Assembly: GCA_951406725.2 (NCBI GenBank)
Contig: OX597815.1
Span: 20,398,001-20,462,000 of the forward strand
DNA: 64,000 nucleotides
DNA from: Octopus vulgaris
Taxonomy: Eukaryota
Direction of reading: 5' to 3'
Part shown: piece by piece, positions 1 through 13,288 of the stretch
Layout of the letters: every line of letters begins with the position of its first letter
Position numbering within the stretch: the stretch's first letter is position 1
The notes under the pieces: generated by a model
What the model was told of the DNA's origin: nothing
Databases searched by the model: none
What the model saw: only the letters and a program-made list of their open reading frames with translations
Program-made: the position numbers and the translations under genes

Positions 1-63
1 GTTGAACCGTCCAACCCATGCTAGCATGGAAAGCGGACGCTAAATGATGATGATGATGATGAT
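1..63 (+). mobile_element. 3' tail of RTE-tail-like SINE (family 1)
   Basis: ccgtccaacccatgctagcatggaaagcggacgctaaa(tga)n, same tail as other copies. Confidence 0.85.
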
Positions 64-579
64 TATCATATAAGAAAGTTGCTAGTTTGCTAGTTCTTTT
101 GGTGCAAACCTGATCATTTCAACTCAACTTCTTGTATTTTGTGAGGTTCGTGAGTTTGTATATCATAGGGAGAAGTTGAAATCTGACATTTCAGGACAGA
201 CTTTTCATTTGAGAGAAAAGAAATTTTTCAGTATTAAATTCTGTTTCTCCCTACTACACATGAACTTGTCCACCCTTCTGAATTTCATTTCATAATTTTT
301 AATAACCCAATCCATCTCAGATTGTTTTTTTTTAGGTTACCTTCAATTTATCCTTATTCAATTTTGTAGCAATCATTATTTCAGGACATATTTCCTATTG
401 ATATAGGTATTTCATTGACATATTCATACTTCTTAAGTTGTCTTTGGTCGTAGCCATAGTTATAGTTTTCTTTGTTTTTAATTTATTTTCAAGTCAAACA
501 GGACTTATGAACATAGTAGGGTGGCAGTTTAAGTTTTTACAGTCTTGAGTGTGATCTTTACCCACATCGCCTTACTAGC

Positions 580-868
580 ACTTGTACTGGTGGTGTGTAA
601 AAAAACATTCGAGCGAGGTCATTGCCAGTGCCGCAGGTGGCACATAAAAAGCACCATTTGAGCGTGGCCGTTGCCAGTACCGCCTGACTGGCCCTCATGC
701 CGGTGGCACGTAAAAGCACCCACTACACCTTCGGAGTGGTTGGCGTTAGGAAGGGCATCCGGCTGTAGAAACTCTGCCAGATCAGATTGGAGTCCGGTGC
801 AGCCATCTGGTTCGCCAGACCTCAGTCAAATCGTCCAACCCATGCTAGCATGGAAAGTGGATGTTAAG
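580..868 (+). mobile_element. SINE family 1 with internal tandem modules
   Basis: repeated ggtggcacgtaaaaagcacc, core gagtggttggcgttaggaagggcatcc, tail cccatgctagcatgg. Confidence 0.85.
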
Positions 869-1207
869 TATGAAAGAATTAAAGCATTCCAGCAATATTT
901 TCACTGTTTGCATTGCTCACTGAGCTTGTGGTTGATGTGCTGAGTGTCAGATTAGTCAGTCATTTTAGTGTTTGAGATAAATTACTTGAAACAAGGCTCT
1001 TTCAACTAAGAAATGTTTCTTGTCATTTTCTGCTATGAGCATATTTCAAGTTTCAGTTGTAGTTTTGTCTTCTCTAACAAATCTTGTGGTAAGCTATCTA
1101 AAATTATCTTGAAAATTATCCACATCAACAGAAAGCTTGTTGTTTACCTTACAAAGGCCTGCTGTTGTGTTTTGTCATTAACAGTTTTTGCATTTGCTGC
1201 TGCTTCT

Positions 1208-1990
1208 TCATCATCATTATCATCGTTTAATGTCTGTTTTCCATGCTGACATATGTTGGATGGTTTGACTGAAGCTGGCCAGCTGGAAAGCTGCGCCAGG
1301 TTCCAATCGTCTGTTTTGGCACATTCTTATGGGTGGATGCCTTTCCTAATGCCAACCACTTCACAGTGTGCTGGGTGCTGTTTATATGACACCAGGAGGC
1401 GCAATGGCCCAGTGGTTAGGGCAGCGGACTCGCGGTCATAGGATCGCGGTTTCGATTCCCAGACTGGGCGTTGTGAGTGTTTATTGAGCGAAAACACCTA
1501 AAGCTCCACGAGGCTCCAGCAGGGGATGGTGGTGATCCCTGCTGTACTCTTTCACCACAACTTTCTCTCACTCTTACTTCCTGTTTCTGTTGTGCCTGTA
1601 TTTTAAAGGGCCGGCCTTGTCACTCTCTGTGTCACGCTGAATATCCCCGAGAACTATGTTAAGGGTGCACGTGTCTGTGGAGTGCTCAGCCACTTACACG
1701 TTAATTTCACGAGCAGGCTGTTCCGTTGATTCGGATCAACCGGAACCCTCGTCGTCGTAACCGACGGAGTGCTTCCCCCCCCCTTATATGACACCAGCAT
1801 GGGCGCTTTTACCTTGCAACAGCATGGGTTCTTATGTGGCACCTGCATAGGTGCCGTTTATGTAGAACTGGCACAGGTACCTTCACATAGAACAAGCATG
1901 GGTGTTTTTCCCCGACACTAAAATGAGCACTTCTTATGTGTCAGTGAAATGGGTGTTTTTTTACATGACACTGAAACGGATGCTTTTTGT
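1208..1990 (-). mobile_element. Old SINE family 1 copy with degenerate ~25-bp module array, interrupted by a tRNA-SINE
   Basis: (cat)n tail at 1208, ggatgcctttcctaatgccaacc core, decayed gggtgcttttacgtggcaccagca units at 1798-1990. Confidence 0.65.
1396..1783 (+). mobile_element. tRNA-derived SINE (family 2), full length, 14-bp TSD
   Basis: A box tggcccagtgg, B box ggtttcgattcc; TSD ttatatgacaccag at 1382-1395 and 1784-1797; older copy near 22293-22612. Confidence 0.9.
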
Positions 1991-2318
1991 GTAGTACAAG
2001 CTTACAAGACAAGCACCTCTTGGCAGAGAAAGGGAGTGGTGAAGAGCATGGCTGTAAAGGACATGCTGTACATCTTACTTACTTCAATTCTAGGTGTTAT
2101 CACTGCAATACTAGTGTTTTTTGTTCATTGTTGTGATTGTCTTTAATTGTTTTTTTTTTGTATCTTCTCCTATATATTAAGTTTATATATTTGTCCTGTC
2201 GCGAATAATGTTGATAGAAACAAGAATGCTACCAGCTTTTTTATTGTGTAATCAGTTTTATCAATTCAGAGCAAAATATTTTATTTCAAACTAATACTAT
2301 TTATTTGTGTTTTTTTAG

Positions 2319-2367
2319 TGCTCAACAAAAGTCTGAAAACACCAGTAAAAGAAAACTAGGGAATCAA
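2319..2367 (+). CDS. DNM: Dynamin exon, stalk/PH linker: (N)AQQKSENTSKRKLGNQ; upstream exons lie outside the window
   Basis: ttttttag acceptor, gtatgt donor; 49 nt; resembles vertebrate dynamin NAQQRS...GNQ and joins the next exon in frame. Confidence 0.9.
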
Positions 2368-2397
2368 GTATGTACAATATATATAAACATATGCATG

Positions 2398-2459
<62 letters not shown>

Positions 2460-2462
<3 letters not shown>

Positions 2463-2858
2463 TTTCTTTTTTACTTGTTTCAGTCATTAAACTGTGGCCA
2501 TGCTGAGGCACTGCCTTGAATTTTTAGTTGAATGAATCAACCCTAGTACTTATTATTTTAAAGTCTAATACTTATTTTATTGGTCTCTTTTGCTGAACCA
2601 CTAAGTTACGGGGATGCAAAAACACCGGCAGTGGTGGTGGCGGGGCAAACAAATACAAAGACACATGCACATAGATATACATACATACATATATACACAA
2701 TGGGCTTCTTTCTGTTTCCATTTACCAAATCCACTTACAAAGCTTTGGTTGGCCTGAGGCTAATATAGTAGACACTTGCCCAAGGTGTCACACAGTGGGA
2801 TTGAACTTGGAACCATGTGGTTGGGAAGTGAGCTTCATACCACACAGCCACGCCTGCG
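2460..2858 (-). mobile_element. tRNA-derived SINE (family 3)
   Basis: reverse complement of the 44923-45330 element. Confidence 0.85.
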
Positions 2859-3010
2859 CATATATATGTGTGTGTGTATATTGGATCATCACATAAGTAA
2901 TGTGGCTTTTTCAATTGCATGAACTAAAAGTCAGAGGGAGATAGAATAAACTACCTGCATCACAGGTAGTAATTTTACCTATTTATTCTTAGTGCAAGTT
3001 TTGAAGACTG

Positions 3011-3023
3011 CTGAATAATAATG

Positions 3024-3054
<31 letters not shown>

Positions 3055-3232
3055 CGACGGCGACAAAATACCTTAGGAATGAGAACCCAGGTTCAAAATT
3101 TCCCCAAGATGCCTGATGAAGGCTGGAGGGTATATTAGCTGAAACGTTGTGTTAACAACAAACATGATGAGGACAAATATCCGTCAAATGTAAATAATGT
3201 ACATAATTCCTCATCTCTTAAATATAGAACTG
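3011..3232 (+). mobile_element. Penelope-like terminal repeat with minimal hammerhead motif
   Basis: (aat)n then CTGATGA-a-ggctg...tagct-GAAAcgtt at 3113-3148; same sequence as both arms of 57175-57578. Confidence 0.7.
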
Positions 3233-3687
3233 TATCGTATATTCTGCCTTCTACTTGTTGAGAGAAACCTTTGCTGTCAGCAGAATTAATAACTTTGAAT
3301 TGTTTCACTATGTCCTTACTCTAGCTCCTGTGTTTTCTCAGCACCTACTTCTAGTGTTGATTAGGTCACCTTCATAATGGAAGCTATTAGCTAGATGTAA
3401 GAAGCTTTCTGAATAATTGAGGGACTTCATTTCTTAGGTGCTCTTACTATTAGTCACTCCTGAGCATATGAAATCCTTTTCTTTCAACCTGTCAATATCC
3501 CACTGCATTTTATGTACCCATTATTTGCATTGGGTTCACAGTATTGTATTCCTACATACTCCCTTTCTGCATATTGAGCATTGCCACTTCCTAGTTGTTA
3601 CAAGATGACCTATAATATAAACACATGTGTCAGTTTATTTTGATATGTATCATTTGTTGGTGGTAATGATGAATACTAGGGTATCAG

Positions 3688-4380
3688 TAATAATAATAAT
3701 AATAATGAAATTATTGTATACAGTGTTCAGGTGCACCACAACTTGTCAAAAAGTGTGTATAAAGCAAATGCAGTAATGTACAAATGTCTGGAAAGCGAAC
3801 AGTGTATGAGTCAGATACATGCTTGCGTGTGTATGGAGGGGAGAAAATCAGGTGTAGTGTTAGCGAATCTCGGGAAGCATGGAAGTTTTGAAGGATGCAG
3901 TGCTCCGACAACTAACAACTAATGCCGGCAGTCTGTTCCATGCTTCAGCAACTCTTAGCATGAAAAAATGCTTCCAGAAGTCATGGGAGCTGTGCTGTTT
4001 TCTGACTTTGCAAACATGTCCAAGGGTGTTAGACAGGTGGAGTTTGAAAAGGTGCTCAGAGTTATTGTTTGTAAGATGGTTAATAATTTTATGGGTGTCT
4101 GCCAAGTCAGCTGCCAGACGTCGGAGTTTCAATGTGTCCATGCCCAGGGAAGTAAGGCGTTCAGAATATGGTAAATGCCTGATGAAGGGTATTCTCTTGT
4201 TTGCATGTCGCTGAACGGCTTCCAGATGATTAATATCTTGGGCAAGATAGGGGTTCCAGACTGATGATGCAAATTCCAGGTGAGGTCGTACTATGGCTAT
4301 ATAAAGCCGCAGATAGATAGCCGGAGAGCGGCTCACAAAGGACTTGGTGAGTGATGCCAAGACACCCTCAGCCTTCTTGG
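3688..4380 (-). mobile_element. CR1/L2-group LINE 3' fragment (RT C-terminus)
   Basis: ORF 3860-4402: LYIAIVRPHLEFASSVWNPY, LPYSERL, FFMLRVAEAWNRLP; triplet tail; short 3' end repeated at 11708-11813. Confidence 0.9.
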
Positions 4381-4579
4381 CAATTTTTTTTTTTAAACAC
4401 ATATGCCAAAACTAGGCACATATATGCATGTAGTGAAGTTTGTGATTTTGTACAAGTTGGTATTGGCATTGTGAAGTATAGCATGACTTTCTTGCAGAAA
4501 TGTTATTTTAAATGTTGCATGGGTCTAAGAATGGTTTTCAATAAACAACTACTTTCATTTTTGCTCTTTCATTTTCCAG

Positions 4580-4693
4580 GTAATACGTCGAGGGTGGTTG
4601 ACCTTGCACAATATCAGCTTCATGAAAGGTGGATCGAAAGACTTTTGGTTTGTCCTGACAGCAGAAACTTTCTCTTGGTTTAAAGATGAAGAG
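4580..4693 (+). CDS. DNM: Dynamin PH domain exon: [38 protein letters not shown]
   Basis: ttttccag / gtatgt; 114 nt, phase 0-0; matches dynamin [29 protein letters not shown] including variable loop 1. Confidence 0.97.
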
Positions 4694-5219
4694 GTATGTA
4701 TATATAATTCTTTTATTTTTAATTGTGTTTAATATTTGAAATATTTCTCTATATAGAACTTAATATTGTGTATGGATTAATTCATAACAGTTACAGAATG
4801 TTAGTGGTAATGAATCTCACTTCTGATGCTAGTGGTCTGTTGCGTGTGATATTTCTTCATTGTGTCACCATTCCTTCTTTGTGTCAGTATGACACATGTT
4901 ATATGTTTGTTATCAAATGTCTGCTTTGTCAGAGATACTGTGACAGTGTGCTATATATTACATAAGTTATTTTATTTCTGTGAAATTTGCAGTGAAATAG
5001 AAATATTTTTGATATGTAATTTGAGAAGCACTGAGTTAAAATGCTGGCAAGGACTCACAGAATGTTTACTAATGAAAAAGAAAAATGTGTAAATGAATGG
5101 ATTGGATGTGTAGCATTAATTCTTACTGTGTGTATAAGAATTAGTTTGTAGTGTACTCTCCTAAGGTATATTTAGTTATTGTTCAGCTTCAGGTCAGTCT
5201 CTATCAAGCAGACCTATAT

Positions 5220-5458
5220 TTAACCCTTTAGTGTTTAAACCGGCCATATCTGGCTCAAATATTCTACATGTTTTATATTCAGACTGGCGATATCTGGCCT
5301 CTCACACCTAATCTACAGTGACATTCTAAAAATAAACAATCACAACATTGAAACCTCAAAAGCTATAAGATAATGCATGATTAATTCAAGTTGATGATGA
5401 TGAATTTGAATGAAGAAGTATTACATTTAACAGAATAATTTAAACACTAAAGCGTTAA
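5220..5458. mobile_element. piggyBac-like MITE
   Basis: TTAA-ccctttag ... ctaaagcg-TTAA termini. Confidence 0.75.
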
Positions 5459-6966
5459 AGGCATTCCAGTCAAGATTGTCCTGCTTTTTTGCTACATGTA
5501 GAAAACCTAGAACCATATTATCCAAAGTGTTCTTTATGATGCTGGTGGAGTGTGATCTGAGAGACATTTACAGCAGGTCGAACAACCATAAAAAAGTTTC
5601 TCTGTGATAAACACTGAGGTAATTAAAATGTGCAGTAACATAACAAGTAAAATCTAGTATTATAAAAAATTTGTTATCCAGCCTAAAATGTGTAGTATAG
5701 AGAGATTTGATATTGTAAATTATTATGCTTTACTGTATTTTATAATCTTTTCTCGTTAAATGTTGGGCCTTGTAAGCATTCTAATTGTTTGTTAATTTGG
5801 TTACTAAATTTTCCTTTCACTTTCTCCACTGTCAGCATCCATCTGTAGAAAACAAAATAAGTCTGACCCATACAGGCATGGGAAAGTGGACGTTAAATGA
5901 TGATATATGTATATGTGTGAATGTGAATATGTGTATATGTATTTTTTTTAATGCATATCTTTATGAAATTATACACTGTATATATGCATATTTTTGGATG
6001 TGCTTGTATGAATGTGCAGTTGTATATCCATTGGATGACTCCACTATCATTGAAAAAAAACAAACTATATATATATATATAAATCTTGGAGACCCTAACT
6101 ACATTGCAGTTCGATGATGGCTAGTAAGTAGAAACTTCACAGTCACTGTCAACCTTTTCTTTGCAAAGTATATACATGCACACACACATACACACCCATG
6201 CATGCATGCACGTGAATACATGATAAGTTGATACATTTTCATAAACTGTGCAGTGTATATACTTAAATGGCTAAATTCTTCATAAATCCCATAATAACTC
6301 TATATATTTTCTTTAGTAATATGATGATAATATCCAGTAACAAGTTCTTTATATTTTCCACTTCAGGGCAAATAAAGATTATTTTCTCCCAATTTTATTT
6401 TCTAAAGCATATTCAAGTAGAGGATACTGTTACACAATGATTAAAACAGCACATTTTTATTTATCGGTATAACATCCTAATTTACTTCTTCAGTTTTGAA
6501 ATGCCATCTAAATAACATGCACGAAAACATCTCTCTCAGATATGATCTTACAGCAATCTTTCAAATGACACTTCAATATTTAGTAAATTGTTTATCTACT
6601 CGCTAAAAATTTCTATACACTGAATTTCACTTGCCTTCAAGTTTTGGAAAATGAAGCAAAGCAAGAACAGAAAACACTTCTTTTTCACTTCTGCCATCTC
6701 CAACATTTGTTACTGATATATTTTAATATTAGTAATCTTCAGATTTACCTTTCAGGGAACATTTCTTATTAGAATGCATTATCTGTCTTTCAATTAATTT
6801 TCAAAGCAATAAGAATTTAGTTGGGCTTAAGTAAAATTATCAACTTGTTATTGTTATTTAGGTTAAATCTGATTGAATTATAGTGATCTAATCTTTTTCT
6901 CGGACTTAGGACTATGTTATCCAATGTGCCTTTCCTTTTTTTAAGATAATAGAGTTTAAGTGTGAT

Positions 6967-7193
6967 TTAACCCTTTAGTGTTTAAACCGGCCTTATCCGG
7001 CCCAAATAATCTACCTGTTTTCTGTTAAAACTGCCCAGATTTGGTATCTCACACCAACCTATAATGTCAATCTAAAAACAGGTGATAACATCATCGAAAT
7101 TTTAAAGCTACGGAATAATGCATGATTAGCTTAAAACAATAAGGATGAATAAATATTATATTTGACAGAATAATCTGAATGCTAAAGAGTTAA
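6967..7193. mobile_element. piggyBac-like MITE
   Basis: TTAA-ccctttag ... ctaaagag-TTAA; same body as the 5220 copy. Confidence 0.75.
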
Positions 7194-10100
7194 GCGTGAT
7201 TTGGCTGTTATCTCAAGCAGGTTGACTGAACATGTAGAGGCTTCTTTGTCAGTTTGTTTACATATTGGTAAATTAAAATGCTGCTTGCAATATAAATTAG
7301 TTTTTTTTTTTTTTTGCATAAATTTTATTAACTGAATTCTCACATTATTATTTATGTTATAAGAATTAGGCCAAGTTGACAAAATGAAATAAAAATATAT
7401 AGACCAGAAAAAAAAATTTTAAATTACAATATTGTAAAAGAACGAATCTCTAACAAGGCCACAGTCTAATGACTGAAACAAGTGAACGATAAAAAAAATA
7501 AACCCCGGAAGGACTTTGGTGTGTTTTTATATCATTAGTACTGGCATTTTTGTCTGGCTGTGTTTACTGAGTAATCTTCTTTTTAGCACATTCTTGCTTC
7601 AGAACTACTTACTTATTATATTATTACTGCCAGTTGTTGAAAGCAACTGTTACAGGTTGTCTATATTAACATTCTGTAGGATTGTTTTTCTCAAATGTTT
7701 TTTTTTTTTTTTTTACTTTGTAACTGTGAAGCATTAGGTTGTTATGAATGTTAATTAGGTTACATTGCTTTTCCGTGCAATTGTAATTTGGCTTTGAAGA
7801 AAGAGTGATCAGGTTCCAACTTCATCAGCTATTTAGCATAACATTCAGATACTGCACTAACCCAGTAAGGTCTTAGTAGGAATGAGGATGATTTTTATTT
7901 AGATTCTGCCATCATCATTTACTGCTTGGCAACAAATAATTGTTTTGCTGTCGGCTTAGTGTAATGCTGCTGTCAGCAATTTATTGACGATTATGTACAG
8001 TTATCATTTTGAGACAATGATAATGCCCCACTCTCACAAAAAATCTCATTAGAAAACATAATCTTCAGAAATTTAATTAATTAAAGAAAGAAGCAAGAAA
8101 TTGTTGAATATTGTTTATACTGGTCCTTTATTGCCATATTTTATGTTGGTTTGATATGACTGGCATCACCTTATTGATCATTTGTGTCAGTCTAACTGGG
8201 CATAAATATATGGCTTGTTAAAGAAAATTTTGTTTATTTTAGTTTGAGAAAGAAAAGGAATGCCCATAGCCTTTGCAGATTCCTCTAAGCTCGTGAGTTT
8301 GATGTGGTTGATATCCAGCATGAATTTCCATTGGTGGTTGACATTTGTGAGCAAAGCATGAGCAGGTTGAATACTAAGGAGAATGGATTGAACGAAATGT
8401 TTAATAAGTCTGATGTGAGGAAGAAAAGCAGGTGCATTGAGTGTTTGGTAGGGTGAGTGTATACAGTTTTATCAACTCAGAGAAAGAAAACTGTTACAGT
8501 AGAGGAGGAGGTTGAATGCACTTTTTCAGCTCATTAACAGTTCACAGCTAAACTTTCTAGGCTCTCTACAAATGTTAGACTTTACAATATCTTGTATTAG
8601 TTAAAATATAGTTATCAGTTATATATCGTCTTTTGGATGTGAGGCGGAATTGTTTTTGTTTTTTTGTCAGAGTCGAAGTATTTTCTATTTTTCATGAATA
8701 AAACCTTGGCTTTGATAGCAATCTTGGTTATGTTTTTGTTAAGTGTAGCTGATATGAAAGATCTCTAGAGAAAATGAAACCTATCACTTGTAAAGAATTT
8801 GAATGGTTTAATTATGAGTTGTGTGTTTCTTTGATATATGTTTTGGTGCTGTTGTCATGTCCTCATTACATAACTTCATAAAGATATATACAGTTACATG
8901 GGAAAGTTGGTGGATTGTCAGAATTGTTAAAGCATCAAATATAATGCCTTCTGGTATTTAATTTGGTTCCCTCAGTGGTCTGTTTTGCCTTTCATTCCTT
9001 CTGGGGTCAGTAAAATAAAGTACCAGTCCGGAGTGGAGGATTGGTAGAATTGTTAGAGTATTAGATAATATGCTTTATGGTATCTGTTCTGGTTCTTTAT
9101 GTTCTGAATCTGCAGGCAGATGTGGCAAACTTTGCTGTTCTGGTCATTGAGATGGTGTCTTGTTAAATACTATCCAAACAAAAGCAATAAGAAAATACCT
9201 CTGTATTCCCCTATGAACATTCCACAACAAGCACATAATTCTTGTGAAGAAAGCCACCAGGAGTCATTTGCCAACCTGATGGTGCAAGGAGGGAAGTGGA
9301 TGACAGAATGGAGGTGACAAGGACTATAAGAAATGGTGTTCCTATAACAATACCATTCCCATAACAATACCATTCCCATAACAATTACCATTCCCATAAC
9401 ATTGCTGCATGTATATTTCTATAATTAAATTTGATTCTATTAGCTGCAATCACATTTTCTCTCTATTATTGAATATTTCGAAATTTAGAAGAAAAAATTT
9501 GTGTAAGGTATATATTTTTTCAACACAGTGCATAACTGGTTGCTTATTGGTACTTGGAAGCTGGGGTGGGGATAGTTTGATGAAATATTCCAAGAATTTG
9601 AATTAGCTACAAAGAACTGTATCCTGTATCATTGATTCCCAATAATATATTACAATATATCCACCAATCTTTAATACCAAATACATGTAAACAAAGTATG
9701 ATCATTCCATGATTGCAACCAAGTTTTATGCGCATGATATCTCAACCAACTTGTGAAGCTTTCTTATCCCTTTATTCCTCAGAACTGTCAGTATGGCTAT
9801 TTCACATTTTCACAATATGAATGGTGCATTCTAAAGTAGAGGTCAACAAAATGTATCTCTCTATTTTTTCTTCTTCTTTATCTTCCAAGTTCTTATTTTT
9901 TTTATTTCAAAGCTGCATTAAAGAAACCATTAAAAAATAATAGAAATGAAAATAATCTATAAACTATAACAGCAAATGTCTACCACCACAATGTAGGCAG
10001 TAGAAGTTAGAGGGGGACCTTTTTTTTTTTAGTTTTGCTGAGGACCAACATCAATCACTTTGCACCCTGTAAAGTGGCTGGTGTTTTGGAAGTGTATTTT

Positions 10101-12088
10101 GCAATAGTAACCATGTACCAAAAATGTTGGGAGATACAAGTGAGATACGGTCCTCTGACTCATCTAATAAATCATTAACTCTAAATAAGAATTGACACAG
10201 ACCACCTAAGGATTGTGATTGTTGTGACTGCATACAGCTTTGTTCTGCCTTGCATTTTAAAGTACATCATAGTTGTAATGTCATTTTGATATTTCTAGAT
10301 TAAGAAAATTTAACACAAAGATTAGTTTGAATATTGTTGAGCTATTTTTAAAGAATGTTGCCGAGTAAACATTGCAACTCCAGTGAAATATATAAAGTTT
10401 AAACTGACCCCCCCCAAAAAAAAATCCCCAAAAGAAAACAAAAGGCAAAACTTTTGAATTTTTAAAAGTATTTAATCAAACTTTTTAATACTAAATCCTC
10501 TTTCATTCTTTTGAAAATAGAATTAATTTCTATGGTTTCTCCCAACCTAACAGTCTAACATTTGATTGGTATTTATATTAGAACAGTGCTTGAATGTACC
10601 CTACAATGTAGTATTTGTTATACCTCTCAACATCTCTGTACTTCAGAACTGATATGGTAATGTAAAACCTTTAGATTTTTAAAGAGTCTAAACTAATCAG
10701 TCTTAAATATAATTTTGGAAAATGTTTTTCATATTTCTGAAAATAGTTTAATAATAATAGAAATATTTGTTGACCATTTCTATTTCTTGTTTTTTTTTTT
10801 TTCTCCAACTATAGTGGACATGTTCACTGCTTTGATTGTTCTAATCTTGTTTATTGAATGATACTAAAATTTTGCCTGTAATTATCCCAGTTACTTTTCG
10901 CTTATTTTTTTGATATATGGAATGGTTTGCTAGCTCTCTTCCCAACTATTTCAAGCGAAAATGATTCATAGATATATCTCTTACCGAATTCTCCTTTTGT
11001 TATCTTTATCATCGAAAAATTTCTCTCTACTTCCATTGTTATCTGGATAACCCATTAGTTTCTCTTACCATCTTCTCATTTTATGTAAATTCTTATCTTT
11101 TCCAATATTCCCACAGCCTCTGTTCTTTTGCTGTCACATCTTTTAATAACTCCTATTTCCAACTTTCAAGTATTTATGTTTTGGATAAAATAAGCTGACT
11201 TTTGATTCTAGCTATACACTATCATTTAGTTCATAATTCAGACAACATTACAGAGAAAAATATTTACATAATTATTAAAATTATAACAAAGTAGCAAGTT
11301 ATCGTCATCTTATGAGTGCCGTATGCACTAAAATGCCACCTAATAATGTTTTTTATTTGCTACATGTGAATTGATATGTAATTTTATATCATTCACTCCT
11401 TATTCATAAAAGGCATTGGAAGTGTTAAACTTAGAAAATAAGTTATTCTTTGGGATAACTGCAATGTTACATGCAAGATGAATTTTTAAAATGTTCATAA
11501 ATCAAGTGTTTTTGCTATGTAAAATCATATTAGTATTATATTATATCACTAAACACTAGATTGTTTAAATTTGCTGATGTATTTACTTTTCTGGTTACCA
11601 AATTTTCTTAACAACCCATCCATGCCTTTCTGTAAATGCAGTTAGCCCTTGCATGTTGAAGGTGCTAACTATCTCAGAGCAAAATCTCAAATGGTCTCTG
11701 TATTTTAAATAATAATAATAATAATAATAATAATTGTGTACAGTGCTCAGGTGCACTACAACTCATCTAAAGTGTATATGTAATCAGGTGTAGTTTCGGC
11801 CGATTTCGGAAAGCTTAGCTCACTTTTAGTTTAATTAGAATACTTTTATGTAATTTTTTTTTAGTTTCAACAATTTCAATGGAGATAATTTCTTGAAGAA
11901 ATGCAAAAATGACCCAATTTATTAGATAAGATATTTTCATAAATTTTTTTTTATCACCATAAAGACCATTCTCAAGTGAATTGAAAAAAAAATCTATTTC
12001 TCATAATGAGAGTGAAATTTGCTCCTCTCAGAACTTCTTCATTTATTTACTGGCTTTGCTTGGATATTTTGACATGATTCCTTTGTAG

Positions 12089-12198
12089 GAAAAAGAAAAG
12101 AAATATATGCTCCCAGTGGACAACTTGAAAGTTCGTGATGTCGAAGCCGGAATATTGTCGAGACGTCCTACATTTGCCCTGTTCTCTTCTGAAAATAG
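12089..12198 (+). CDS. DNM: Dynamin PH exon variant A: [36 protein letters not shown](R)
   Basis: ctttgtag / gtatct; 110 nt, phase 0-2; homologous to [37 protein letters not shown]. Confidence 0.95.
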
Positions 12199-13049
12199 GT
12201 ATCTGGTTGTGCATTGTTTCAGTAGAAATTTTAGTCTGCATACAATCCATTGGCTGTTACTGAGTTCTTACTAACTGCATGCTTTTACTGACATATTCCT
12301 GCTGCATATAATTATTGCTTTGTCTTGCATGTTGCACATTGCTAGTTCACCGGAACTTTTTCTGCTTGAATATAATTGACATGAGTTACCTTTATTAACC
12401 TCACCTTGACGTTTATCTAACCTCATTTACTTATACCAGCATTCAAAATTATCTTGCAGATTAAAGGAAAAAACAAATGGATTTTCTTTCTTTCAGAGTT
12501 TCTTAAATCAGGAATGTTGTTGGATCGAAATCTCTTTCATGCTGAAGTCTAGCTTTATTCTGGATAGCAGTGGTCTTTGACTTAATCAAGTCAAAATATC
12601 TTCATGACAATTCTGTGGCTTTGTATGATGTAGTCCTTGATTTTTCCCCTCCTTATTTACATCTGTGATACCACACCCTACTCAGCAAGGGTGAAGGTAC
12701 AACTACTCTTTCCAAATGTGGGGCTGTGATTGCTTTCATCTTCCTCTCCATATCTCTTCATCCAAATGAGCATTACGGCTGATTGCATGAGCAAAATGTG
12801 GGAACTGGGTCATGTTTATCTACATTTCAACTCCATATTTTGATAACTTCTATCCTTGAAGATTTGCGGTTTGTCTGAACGTGTGCTTTTGTCTTGTTGA
12901 TGTTAATTTTCAGATCATGCTTTAAAGTTCTCAGAGATGTATGTCACAGTCAAGTACAATTACTAATAGTCATAGTCAAGTACAATTACCAATTGAACAT
13001 ACATTTTTTTTGACACAGTTGTTATATTTCAGTTTATAGTATGTATGTT

Positions 13050-13288
13050 GGCCCCCGTGCCGGTGGCACGTAAAAAGCACCATCCGTCCGTGGCCGTTTG
13101 CCAGCTCTGCTGGCACCTGTGCGGGTGGCACATAAAAAGCACCCACTACACTCACGGAGTGGTTGGCGTTAGGAAGGGCATCCAGCCGTAGAAACACTGC
13201 CAGATCAGACTGGGCCTGATGCAGCCTTCTGGCTTCACAGACCCCAATTGAACTGTCCAACCCATGCTAGCATGATGATGATGATGAT
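13050..13288 (+). mobile_element. SINE family 1
   Basis: two modules, core and (gat)n tail. Confidence 0.88.

Noticed and set aside
1396-1472. tRNA gene
   Set aside because: tRNA-like head continues into a SINE body with TSD and has a second decayed copy
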